NCBI GenBank assembly: GCA_964016885.1
Contig: OZ024741.1
Span: 25,544,001-25,608,000, forward strand
Length of the DNA: 64,000 bases
Direction: 5' to 3'
From: Eledone cirrhosa
Taxonomy: Eukaryota
Below, piece after piece: positions 15,001 through 28,606 of this stretch (the first letter of the stretch is position 1; every line of letters starts with the position of its first letter). A program made the translations under genes and the position numbers. Below the pieces are notes generated by a model. It saw only the letters and a program-made list of their open reading frames with translations. It was not told the DNA's origin and made no database searches.

Positions 15001-18000
15001 TTTAACCCTTTCATTACCATATTTCTAATAAAAGACACTGTCTATGTTGTTTAACCCTTTCATTACCATATTTCTAATAAAAGACACTGTCTATGTTGTT
15101 TAACTCTTTCATTACCATGTTTCTAATAAAAGACACTGTCTATGTTGTTTAACCCTTTCATTACCATATTTCTAAGAAAAGACACTGTCTATGTTGTTTA
15201 ACCCTTTCATTACCATATTTCTAATAAAAGACGGTCTATGTTGTTTAACCCTTTTATTACCATATTTCTAATAAAAGACACTGTCTATGTTGTTTAACCC
15301 TTTCGTTACCATATTTCTAATAGAAGACACTGTCTATGTTTTTTAACCCTTTCATTATCATATTTCTAATAAAAGACACTGTCTATGTTGTTTAACCCTT
15401 TCATTATCATATTTCTAATGAAAGACGCTGTCTTTTTTAGTTTAACCCTTTCATTACCATATTTCTAACAAAAGACACTGTCTATGTTGTTTAACCCTTT
15501 CATTACCATATTTCTAATAAAAGACACTGTCTATGTTGTTTAACCCTATCATTACCATATTTCTAATAAAAGACACTGTCTATGTTGTTTAACCCTTTCA
15601 TTACCATATTTCTAAGAAAAGACACTGTCTATGTTGTTTAACCCTTTTATTACCATATTTCTAATAAAAGACAGTCTATGTTGTTTAACCCTTTCATTAC
15701 CATATTTCTAATAAAAGACACTGTCTATGTTGTTTAACTCTTTCATTACCATATTTCTAATAAAACACACCGTCTATGTTGTTTAACCCTTTCATTACCA
15801 TATTTCTAAGAAAAGACACTGTCTATGTTGTTTAACCCTTTTATTACCATATTTCTAATAAAAGACAGTCTATGTTGTTTAACCCTTTCATTACCATATT
15901 TCTAATAAAAGACACTGTCTATGTTGTTTAACTCTTTCATTACCATATTTCTAATAAAAGACACCGTCTATGTTGTTTAACCCTTTCATTATTATATTTC
16001 TAATAAAAGACACTGTCTATGTTGTTTAACCATTTCATTATTATATTTCTAATAGAAGACACTATGTTGTTTAACCCTTTCACTACCATATTTCTAATAA
16101 AAGACACTGTCTATGTTGTTTAACACTTTCATTACCATATTTCTAATAAAAGACACTGTCTATGTTGTTTAACCCTTTCATTACCATATTTCTAAGAAAA
16201 GACACTGTCTATGTTGTTTGACCCTTTCATTACCATATTTCTAACAAAAGACACTGTTTATGTTGTTTAACCCTTTCATTACCATATTTCTAAGAAAAAA
16301 TACTGTCTATGTTGTTTAACCCTTTCATTACCATATTTCTAATAAAAGACACTGTCTATGTTGTTTAACCCTTTCATTACCATATTTCTAATAAAAGACA
16401 CTGTGTATGTTGTTTAACCCTTTTATTACCATATTTCTAATAAAAGACACTGTCTATGTTGTTTAACCCTTTCGTTACCATATTTCTAATAGAAGACACT
16501 GTCTATGTTTTTTAACCCTTTCATTATCATATTTCTAATAAAAGACACTGTCTATGTTGTTTAACCCTTTCATTATCATATTTCTAATGAAAGACGCTGT
16601 CTTTTTTAGTTTAACCCTTTCATTACCATATTTCTAACAAAAGACACTGTCTATGTTGTTTAACCCTTTCATTACCATATTTCTAATAAAAGACACTGTC
16701 TATGTTGTTTAACCCTATCATTACCATATTTCTAATAAAAGACACTGTCTATGTTGTTTAACCCTTTCATTACCATATTTCTAAGAAAAGACACTGTCTA
16801 TGTTGTTTAACCCTTTTATTACCATATTTCTAATAAAAGACAGTCTATGTTGTTTAACCCTTTCATTACCATATTTCTAATAAAAGACACTGTCTATGTT
16901 GTTTAACTCTTTCATTACCATATTTCTAATAAAACACACCGTCTATGTTGTTTAACCCTTTCATTACCATATTTCTAAGAAAAGACACTGTCTATGTTGT
17001 TTAACCCTTTTATTACCATATTTCTAATAAAAGACAGTCTATGTTGTTTAACCCTTTCATTACCATATTTCTAATAAAAGACACTGTCTATGTTGTTTAA
17101 CTCTTTCATTACCATATTTCTAATAAAAGACACCGTCTATGTTGTTTAACCCTTTCATTATTATATTTCTAATAAAAGACACTGTCTATGTTGTTTAACC
17201 ATTTCATTATTATATTTCTAATAGAAGACACTATGTTGTTTAACCCTTTCACTACCATATTTCTAATAAAAGACACTGTCTATGTTGTTTAACACTTTCA
17301 TTACCATATTTCTAATAAAAGACACTGTCTATGTTGTTTAACCCTTTCATTACCATATTTCTAAGAAAAGACACTGTCTATGTTGTTTGACCCTTTCATT
17401 ACCATATTTCTAATAAAAGACACTGTCTATGTTGTTTAACACTTTCATTACCATATTTCTAATAAAAGACACTGTCTATGTTGTTTAACCCTTTCATTAC
17501 CATATTTCTAATAAAAGACACTGTCTATGTTGTTTAACCCTTTCATTACCATATTTCTAATAAAAGACACTGTCTATGTTGTTTAACCCTTTCATTACCA
17601 TATTTCTAATAAAAGACACTGTCTATGTTGTTTAACCCTTTCATTACCATATTTCTAATAAAAGACACTGTCTATGTTGTTTAACCCTTTCATTACCATA
17701 TTTCTAATAAAAGACACTGTCTATGATGTTTAACCATTTCATTATCATATTTCTAATAAAAGACACTGTCTATGTTGTTTAACCCTTTCATTACCATATT
17801 TCTAATAAAAGACACTGTCTATGTTGTTTAACCCTTTCATTACCATATTTCTAATAAAAGACACTGTCTATGTTGTTTAACCCTTACATTACCATATTTC
17901 TAATAAAAGACACTGCCTATGTTGTTTAACCCTTTCATTACCATATTTCTAATAAAAGACACTGTCTATGTTGTTTAACCCTTTCATTACCATATTTCTA

Positions 18001-21000
18001 AAAGAAGACACTGTCTATGTTGTTTAACCCTTTCATTATCATATTTCTAATAAAAGACACTGTCTATTTTGTTTAACCCTTTCATTATCATATTTCTAAT
18101 AAAAGACGCTGTCTTTTTTAGTTTAACCCTTTCATTACCATATTTCTAACAAAAGACACTGTTTATGTTGTTTAACCCTTTCATTACCATATTTCTAAGA
18201 AAAAATACTGTCTATGTTGTTTAACCCTTTCATTACCATATTTCTAATAAAAGACACTGTCTATGTTGTTTAACCCTTTCATTACCATATTTCTAATAAA
18301 AGACACTGTCTATGTTGTTTAACCCTTTTATTACCATATTTCTAATAAAAGACACTGTCTATGTTGTTTAACCCTTTCGTTACCATATTTCTAATAGAAG
18401 ACACTGTCTATGTTTTTTAACCCTTTCATTATCATATTTCTAATAAAAGACACTGTCTATGTTGTTTAACCCTTTCATTATCATATTTCTAATGAAAGAC
18501 GCTGTCTTTTTTAGTTTAACCCTTTCATTACCATATTTCTAACAAAAGACACTGTCTATGTTGTTTAACCCTTTCATTACCATATTTCTAATAAAAGACA
18601 CTGTCTATGTTGTTTAACCCTATCATTACCATATTTCTAATAAAAGACACTGTCTATGTTGTTTAACCCTTTCATTACCATATTTCTAAGAAAAGACACT
18701 GTCTATGTTGTTTAACCCTTTTATTACCATATTTCTAATAAAAGACAGTCTATGTTGTTTAACCCTTTCATTACCATATTTCTAATAAAAGACACTGTCT
18801 ATGTTGTTTAACTCTTTCATTACCATATTTCTAATAAAACACACCGTCTATGTTGTTTAACCCTTTCATTACCATATTTCTAAGAAAAGACACTGTCTAT
18901 GTTGTTTAACCCTTTTATTACCATATTTCTAATAAAAGACAGTCTATGTTGTTTAACCCTTTCATTACCATATTTCTAATAAAAGACACTGTCTATGTTG
19001 TTTAACTCTTTCATTACCATATTTCTAATAAAAGACACCGTCTATGTTGTTTAACCCTTTCATTATTATATTTCTAATAAAAGACACTGTCTATGTTGTT
19101 TAACCCTTTCATTATTATATTTCTAATAGAAGACACTATGTTGTTTAACCCTTTCACTACCATATTTCTAATAAAAGACACTGTCTATGTTGTTTAACAC
19201 TTTCATTACCATATTTCTAATAAAAGACACTGTCTATGTTGTTTAACCCTTTCATTACCATATTTCTAAGAAAAGACACTGTCTATGTTGTTTAACCCTT
19301 TCATTACCATATTTCTAATAAAAGACACTGTCTATGTTGTTTAACCCTTTCATTACCATATTTCTAATAAAAGACACTGTCTATGTTGTTTAACTCTTTC
19401 ATTACCATGTTTCTAATAAAAGACACTGTCTATGTTGTTTAACCCTTTCATTACCATATTTCTAAGAAAAGACACTGTCTATGTTGTTTAACCCTTTCAT
19501 TACCATATTTCTAATAAAAGACGGTCTATGTTGTTTAACCCTTTTATTACCATATTTCTAATAAAAGACACTGTCTATGTTGTTTAACCCTTTCGTTACC
19601 ATATTTCTAATAGAAGACACTGTCTATGTTTTTTAACCCTTTCATTATCATATTTCTAATAAAAGACACTGTCTATGTTGTTTAACCCTTTCATTATCAT
19701 ATTTCTAATGAAAGACGCTGTCTTTTTTAGTTTAACCCTTTCATTACCATATTTCTAACAAAAGACACTGTCTATGTTGTTTAACCCTTTCATTACCATA
19801 TTTCTAATAAAAGACACTGTCTATGTTGTTTAACCCTATCATTACCATATTTCTAATAAAAGACACTGTCTATGTTGTTTAACCCTTTCATTACCATATT
19901 TCTAAGAAAAGACACTGTCTATGTTGTTTAACCCTTTTATTACCATATTTCTAATAAAAGACAGTCTATGTTGTTTAACCCTTTCATTACCATATTTCTA
20001 ATAAAAGACACTGTCTATGTTGTTTAACTCTTTCATTACCATATTTCTAATAAAACACACCGTCTATGTTGTTTAACCCTTTCATTACCATATTTCTAAG
20101 AAAAGACACTGTCTATGTTGTTTAACCCTTTTATTACCATATTTCTAATAAAAGACAGTCTATGTTGTTTAACCCTTTCATTACCATATTTCTAATAAAA
20201 GACACTGTCTATGTTGTTTAACTCTTTCATTACCATATTTCTAATAAAAGACACCGTCTATGTTGTTTAACCCTTTCATTATTATATTTCTAATAAAAGA
20301 CACTGTCTATGTTGTTTAACCATTTCATTATTATATTTCTAATAGAAGACACTATGTTGTTTAACCCTTTCACTACCATATTTCTAATAAAAGACACTGT
20401 CTATGTTGTTTAACACTTTCATTACCATATTTCTAATAAAAGACACTGTCTATGTTGTTTAACCCTTTCATTACCATATTTCTAAGAAAAGACACTGTCT
20501 ATGTTGTTTGACCCTTTCATTACCATATTTCGAATAAAAGACACTGTCTATGTTGTTTAACACTTTCATTACCATATTTCTAATAAAAGACACTGTCTAT
20601 GTTGTTTAACCCTTTCATTACCATATTTCTAATAAAAGACACTGTCTATGTTGTTTAACCCTTTCATTACCATATTTCTAATAAAAGACACTGTCTATGT
20701 TGTTTAACCCTTTCATTACCATATTTCTAATAAAAGACACTGTCTATGTTGTTTAACCCTTTCATTACCATATTTCTAATAAAAGACACTGTCTATGTTG
20801 TTTAACCCTTTCATTACCATATTTCTAATAAAAGACACTGTCTATGATGTTTAACCATTTCATTATCATATTTCTAATAAAAGACACTGTCTATGTTGTT
20901 TAACCCTTTCATTACCATATTTCTAATAAAAGACACTGTCTATGTTGTTTAACCCTTTCATTACCATATTTCTAATAAAAGACACTGTCTATGTTGTTTA

Positions 21001-24000
21001 ACCCTTACATTACCATATTTCTAATAAAAGACACTGCCTATGTTGTTTAACCCTTTCATTACCATATTTCTAATAAAAGACACTGTCTATGTTGTTTAAC
21101 CCTTTCATTACCATATTTCTAAAAGAAGACACTGTCTATGTTGTTTAACCCTTTCATTATCATATTTCTAATAAAAGACACTGTCTATTTTGTTTAACCC
21201 TTTCATTATCATATTTCTAATAAAAGACGCTGTCTTTTTTAGTTTAACCCTTTCATTACCATATTTCTAACAAAAGACACTGTTTATTTTGTTTAACCCT
21301 TTCATTACCATATTTCTAAGAAAAAATACTGTCTATGTTGTTTAACCCTTTCATTACCATATTTCTAATAAAAGACACTGTCTATGTTGTTTAACCCTTT
21401 CATTACCATATTTCTAATAAAAGACACTGTCTATGTTGTTTAACCCTTTTATTACCATATTTCTAATAAAAGACACTGTCTATGTTGTTTAACCCTTTCG
21501 TTACCATATTTCTAATAGAAGACACTGTCTATGTTTTTTAACCCTTTCATTATCATATTTCTAATAAAAGACACTGTCTATGTTGTTTAACCCTTTCATT
21601 ATCATATTTCTAATGAAAGACGCTGTCTTTTTTAGTTTAACCCTTTCATTACCATATTTCTAACAAAAGACACTGTCTATGTTGTTTAACCCTTTCATTA
21701 CCATATTTCTAATAAAAGACACTGTCTATGTTGTTTAACCCTATCATTACCATATTTCTAATAAAAGACAGTCTATGTTGTTTAACCCTTTCATTACCAT
21801 ATTTCTAAGAAAAGACACTGTCTATGTTGTTTAACCCTTTTATTACCATATTTCTAATAAAAGACAGTCTATGTTGTTTAACCCTTTCATTACCATATTT
21901 CTAATAAAAGACACTGTCTATGTTGTTTAACTCTTTCATTACCATATTTCTAATAAAACACACCGTCTATGTTGTTTAACCCTTTCATTACCATATTTCT
22001 AAGAAAAGACACTGTCTATGTTGTTTAACCCTTTTATTACCATATTTCTAATAAAAGACACTGTCTATGTTGTTTAACCCTATCATTACCATATTTCTGT
22101 TGTTTAACCCTTTCATTATTATATTTCTAATAAAAGACACTGTCTATGTTTTTTAACACTTTCATTACCCTATATTTAATAAAAGACACTGTCTATGTTG
22201 TTTAACCCTTTCATTACCATATTTCTAATAAAAGACACTGTCTATGTTGTTTAACCCTTTCATTACCATATTTCTAATAAAAGACACTGTCTATGTTGTT
22301 TAACTCTTTCATTACCATATTTCTAATAAAAGACACCGTCTATGTTGTTTAACCCTTTCATTATTATATTTCTAATAAAAGACACTGTCTATGTTGTTTA
22401 ACCCTTTCATTATTATATTTCTAATAGAAGACACTATGTTGTTTAACCCTTTCACTACCATATTTCTAATAAAAGACACTGTCTATGTTGTTTAACACTT
22501 TCATTACCATATTTCTAATAAAAGACACTGTCTATGTTGTTTAACCCTTTCATTACCATATTTCTAAGAAAAGACACTGTCTATGTTGTTTAACCCTTTC
22601 ATTACCATATTTCTAATAAAAGACACTGTCTATGTTGTTTAACCCTTTCATTACCATATTTCTAATAAAAGACACTGTCTATGTTGTTTAACTCTTTCAT
22701 TACCATGTTTCTAATAAAAGACACTGTCTATGTTGTTTAACCCTTTCATTACCATATTTCTAAGAAAAGACACTGTCTATGTTGTTTAACCCTTTCATTA
22801 CCATATTTCTAATAAAAGACGGTCTATGTTGTTTAACCCTTTTATTACCATATTTCTAATAAAAGACACTGTCTATGTTGTTTAACCCTTTCATTACCAT
22901 ATTTCTAATAGAAGACACTGTCTATGTTGTTTAACCCTTTCATTATCATATTTCTAATAAAAGACACTGTCTATGTTGTTTAACCCTTTCCTTATCATAT
23001 TTCTAATAAAAGACGCTGTCTTTTTTAGTTTAACCCTTTCATTACCATATTTCTAACAAAAGACACTGTTTATGTTGTTTAACCCTTTCATTACCATATT
23101 TCTAATAAAAGACAGTATGTTGTTTAACCCTTTCATTATCATATTTCTAATAAAAGACACTGTCTATGTTGTTTAACCCTTTCATTATCATATTTCTAAT
23201 AAAAGACACTGTCTATGTTGTTTAATCCTTTCATTACCATATTTCTAATAAAAGACGCTGTCTATGTTGTTTAACCCTTTCATTACCATATTTCTAATAA
23301 AAGACACTGTCTATGTTGTTTAACCCTTTCATTACCATATTTCTAATAAAAGACACTGTCTATGTTGTTTAACCCTTTCATTACCATATTTCTAATAAAA
23401 GACACTGTCTATGTTGTTTAACCCTTTCATTATCATATTTCTAATAAAAGACACTGTCTATGTTGTTTAACCCTTTCATTACCATATTTCTAATAACAGA
23501 CACTGTCTATGTTGTTTAACCCTTTCATTACCATATTTCTAATAAAAGACGCTGTCTTTTTTAGTTTAACCCTTTCATTACCATATTTCTAACAAAAGAC
23601 ACTGTTTATGTTGTTTAACCCTTTCATTACCATATTTCTAATAAAAGACAGTATGTTGTTTAACCCTTTCATTATCATATTTCTAATAAAAGACACTGTC
23701 TATGTTGTTTAACCCTTTCATTACCATATTTCTAATAACAGACACTGTCTATGTTGTTTAACCCTTTCATTATCATATTTCTAATAAAAGACGCTGTCTT
23801 TTTTAGTTTAACCCTTTCATTACCATATTTCTAACAAAAGACACTGTTTATGTTGTTTAACCCTTTCATTACCATATTTCTAATAAAAGACAGTATGTTG
23901 TTTAACCCTTTCATTATCATATTTCTAATAAAAGACACTGTGTATGTTGTTTAACCCTTTCATTATCATATTTCTAATAAAAGACACTGTCTATGTTGTT

Positions 24001-26155
24001 TAACCCTTTCATTACCATATTTCTAATAAAAGACACTGTCTATGTTGTTTAACCCTTTCATTACCATATTTCTAATAAAAGACACTGTCTATGTTGTTTA
24101 ACCCATTCATCACCATATTTCTAATAAAAGACACTGTCTATGTTGTTTGACCCTTTCATTACCATATTTCTAATAAAAGACACTGTCTATGTTGTTTAAC
24201 CCTTTCATTACCATATTTCTAATAAAAGACACTGTCTATGTTGTTTAACCCTTTCATTACCATGTTTCTAATAAAAGACACTGTCTATGTTGTTTAACCC
24301 TTTCATTACCATATTTCTAAGAAAAGACACTGTCTATGTTGTTTACCCCTTTCATTACCATATTTCTAATAAAAGACACTGTCTATGTTGTTTAACCCTT
24401 TTATTACCATATTTCTAATAAAAGACACTGTCTATGTTGTTTAACCCTTTCATTACCATATTTCTAATAGAAGACACTGTCTATGTTGTTTAACCCTTTC
24501 ATTATCATATTTCTAATAAAAGACACTGTCTATGTTGTTTAACCCTTTCATTATCATATTTCTAATAAAAGATGCTGTCTTTTTTAGTTTAACCCTTTCA
24601 TTACCATATTTCTAACAAAAGACACTGTTTATGTTGTTTAACCCTTTCATTACCATATTTCTAATAAAAGACAGTATGTTGTTTAACCTTTTCATTATCA
24701 TATTTCTAATAAAAGACACTGTCTGTGTTGTTTAACCCTTTCATTATCATATTTCTAATAAAAGACACTGTCTATGTTGTTTAACCCTTTCATTACCATA
24801 TTTCTAATAAAAGACAGTCTATGTTGTTTAACCCTTTCATTACCATATTTCTAATAAAAGACACTGTCTATGTTGTTTAACCCTTTCATTAGCATATTTC
24901 TAATAAAAGACACTGTCTATGTTGTTTAACCCTTTCATTACCATATTTCTAATAAAAGACACTGTCTATGTTGTTTAACCCTTTCATTACCATATTTCTA
25001 ATAAAAGACACTGTCTATGTTGTTTAACCCTTTCATTACCATATTTCTAATAAAAGACAGTATGTTGTTTAACCCTTTCATTATCATATTTCTAATAAAA
25101 GACACTGTCTATGTTGTTTAACCCTTTCATTACCATATTTCTAATAAAAGACACTGTCTATGTTGTTTAACCCTTTCATTACCATATTTCTAATAAAAGA
25201 CACTGTCTATGTTGTTTAACCCTTTCATTACCATATTTCTAATAAAAGACACTGTCTATGTTGTTTAACCCTTTCATTACCATATTTCTAATAGAAGACA
25301 CTGTCTATGTTGTTTAACCCTTTTATTACCATATTCCTAATAAAAGACACTGTCTATGTTGTTTAACCCTTTCATTACCATATTTCTAATAGAAGACACT
25401 GTCTATGTTGTTTAACCCTTTCATTATCATATTTCTAATAAAAGACACTGTCTATGTTGTTTAACCCTTTCATTATCATATTTCTAATAAAAGACGCTGT
25501 CTTTTTTAGTTTAACCCTTTCATTACCATATTTCTAACAAAAGACACTGTTTATGTTGTTTAACCCTTTCATTACCATATTTCTAATAAAAGACAGTATG
25601 TTGTTTAACCCTTTCATTATCATATTTCTAATAAAAAACACTGTCTATGTTGTTCAACCCTTTCATTATCATATTTCTAATAAAAGACACTGTCTATGTT
25701 GTTTAACCCTTTCATTACCATATTTCTAATAGAAGACACTGTCTATGTTGGTTAACCCTTTCATTACCATATTTCTAATAAAACACACTGTCTATGTTGT
25801 TTAACCCTTTCATTACCATATTTCTAATAAAAGACACTGTCTATGTCGTTTAACCCTTTCATTACCATATTTCTAATAGAAGACACTGTCTATGTTGGTT
25901 AACCCTTTCATTACCATATTTCTAATAAAAGACACTGTCTATGTTGTTTAACCCTTTCATTACCATATTTCTAATAAAAGACACTGTCTATGTTGTTTAA
26001 CCCTTTCATTACCATATTTCTAATAAAAGACACTGTCTATGTTGTTTACCCCTTTCATTACAATATTTCTAATAAAAGACACCGTCTATGTTGTTTAACC
26101 CTTTCATTATCATATTTCTAATAAAAGACACTGTCTATGTTGTTTAACCCTTTCA
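1..26155. repeat. 49-bp AT-rich tandem satellite, about 530 monomers, truncated by the window start; consensus TTAACCCTTTCATTACCATATTTCTAATAAAAGACACTGTCTATGTTGT
   Basis: Monomer read directly. Variants are point changes and 2-4 bp indels. The array ends abruptly at ...TTAACCCTTTCA (26155). Confidence 0.99.
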
Positions 26156-28606
26156 CAAGAAGAACAGATAGAGACATTCAATGTAGAAGAGAACTGGGAG
26201 TTCCTAAAAAATAACTTACTAGAGGCGACAGATGAGGTCTGTGGCTGGAGTAAGACCACAAACAGGAGGAGAGTGACTTGGTGGTGGAATAATAAGGTAG
26301 ATGAGGCAGTTAAGGCCAAGAGACAGACATGGAAAGAATGGAAGAATGGGGGGAGCAGGGTACATTACATAGAGACCAAGAGGGAAGCTAGGCGACAAGT
26401 ATACTTAGCTAGGAGGGAAGCAGAGGATAGAAAATTCAAGCATGTTTTTGCAACGCGAGAACCAGAAACAGGAGGTGTTCAAGATTGCGAGGCAGTGTGT
26501 CAGAGAGAATTGTGATGTCATTGGAGAGAAGTGTATCCGGAATGATAAAGGTGAGCTTGCCCTCACAAGTGCTGAGAAGAAAGATGCATGGAAGAGTCAT
26601 TATGATAGATTACTAAATGAGGAGAATGCATGGGAAGAAGAGACCCTACCGCAAGTAGACCCTATAGAGGGGCCAGCAGTACAAGTCAGCAGCAGCGTAG
26701 TAAGTAAGGCAATCAAAGATATGAAGATGGGGAAGGCAACCGGTCTATCGGGTATAGCTGCCGAGATGCTGAAGGCATCTGGGTCTGTAGATCACACTAT
26801 AACCACATGTATTGTTAACCAGATAATACTAGAAGGTGTCAGTAGCATCATTGTCAACTGCTACAAAGGTAAAGGTGATGCACTCGATAGAGGAAACTAT
26901 AGAGGTATAAAGCTGATGGACCAGGTCATGAAAGTAACAGAAAGAGTTATAGCACAGTTGATTAGGGACCGGGTGAAACTAGATGAGATGCAATTTGGGT
27001 GTGTACCAGGAAGAGGTACCACTGATGCCCTCTTCCTTGTGAGGCAGTTAAAGGAAAAGTACCTAGCTAAAAGTAAGCCACTCTACCTGGCATTCGTCGA
27101 TCTCGAGAAAGCCTTTGACAGAGTTCCACGTGCTGTAATCTGGTGGGCTCTTAGAAAACTTGGAGTAGATGAATGGCTTGTGAAAGCTGTACAAGCCATG
27201 TATAGAGGAGCAGTCAGAAAAGTTAGGATTAGCAATGAGTATAGCGAGGAATTTAGCGTACAGGTTTGGGTCCACCAGGGCTCTGTTCTTAGCCCCTCTC
27301 TTGTTCATCATAGTCCTGCAGGCAATAACGGAGAAGTTTAAGACCGGATGCCCATGGGAACTCCTGTATGCTGATGACCTCGCACTTATAGCTGAATCTA
27401 TGGTAGAACTAAAGAAGAAATTCCAAACTTGGAAGCAGGGACTAGAAAGAAAGGGTCTCAAAGTCAACATGACAAAGACTAAGGTCCTTGCAAGTAGACG
27501 AGAAAACAGAACCCAGATCCCCTCAGGGAAATGGCCTTGCTCAGTATGTAGGAAAGGTGTAGGTAGGAACTCCATTCTCTGCCCCAAATGCAAACAATGG
27601 GTACACAAAAGATGTAGCGGGAACTCAGGAAGGTTAATTAAGAATGTAGGCTTCACATGCAGCAGCTGTACTGGAGCAGCAAACAGCCACAGGAAACAAG
27701 TACCACCAATCTCTGGGAGGGCTATGTAGAGACAGTAGACAGCTTCTGCTACCTAGGTGACCGAATTAGCAGTGGAGGTGGGTGTTCAGAAAGTACAATA
27801 ACTAGGGTAAGAACGGGATGGAAGAAGTTCAGGAAACTACTACCACTGCTAGCTGCAAAAGGCTTCTCCCTCAAAATGAAAGGCAGACTGTATGATGCGT
27901 GTACATGGTAGTGAGACCTGGGCGCTGAAGGTGGAAGACTTACGTAGATTAGAGAGAAACGAAGCCTGCATGCTCCGATGGATGTGTAATAGTAATATAC
28001 GCGAACGACAAAGCATAAATGAATTGAGAGAGAGACTGAGCATAAGAGGAATCAAATGCTGTGTGCAGGAGAGGCGGTTGCGTTGGTATGGACATGTGAT
28101 GCGTATGAAGGATGACAGCTGCATAAAAAGGTGCAGAGCACTAGAAGTTGATGGAAACCGCGGAGTGGGGAGACCCAAGATGACCTGGGATGAGGTGATA
28201 AAAGCCGACGTTACCCAATTACTCCTCTCAAAGGCGATGACACACGACCGGGACCTCTGGCGTCAAGCAGTAATACAGAGTACCCGACCTCCCATGGGTA
28301 CAAACTGAAACATATAGACAATATGCCCCCACACCCCCCACTGCAAGGTGGTCATGGAGGTGCTACGGCAAAAAAGCACCCAGCCCACACTGTAAAGTGG
28401 ACGTGTAGGCGCCACGAAAAAGCACCCAGCACTCACTGTAAATGAGGTTGGTGTTAGGAAGGGCATCCAGCTGTAGAAATCAAGCCAAATCAGTTCCTGT
28501 ATGAGCAAGGCATGGTCAGCCGACCAGACACTGCCCACAACAGGACAACCTGTCTAACCCATGCTAGCGTGGAAGAACGGACGTAAAACAGTGATGATGA
28601 TGATGA
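26156..28606 (+). mobile_element. RTE-clade LINE, 5'-truncated and frameshifted (RT, PHD-like finger, 3' UTR, (GAT)n tail)
   Basis: ORF fragments show NYRGIKL, QFG..PGRGTTDA, FVDLEKAFDRV, HQGSVLSP, LLYADD, RRLRWYGHVMR and GRPKMTW across four ORFs separated by frameshifts. Ends GACGTAAAACAGTGATGATGATGATGA. Confidence 0.93.

Noticed and set aside
1-26155. CRISPR array or telomeric repeat (TAACCC in each unit)
   Set aside because: No unique spacers or cas genes. The single hexamer per 49 bp is not tandem telomeric DNA and is explained by TTAA|CCC.
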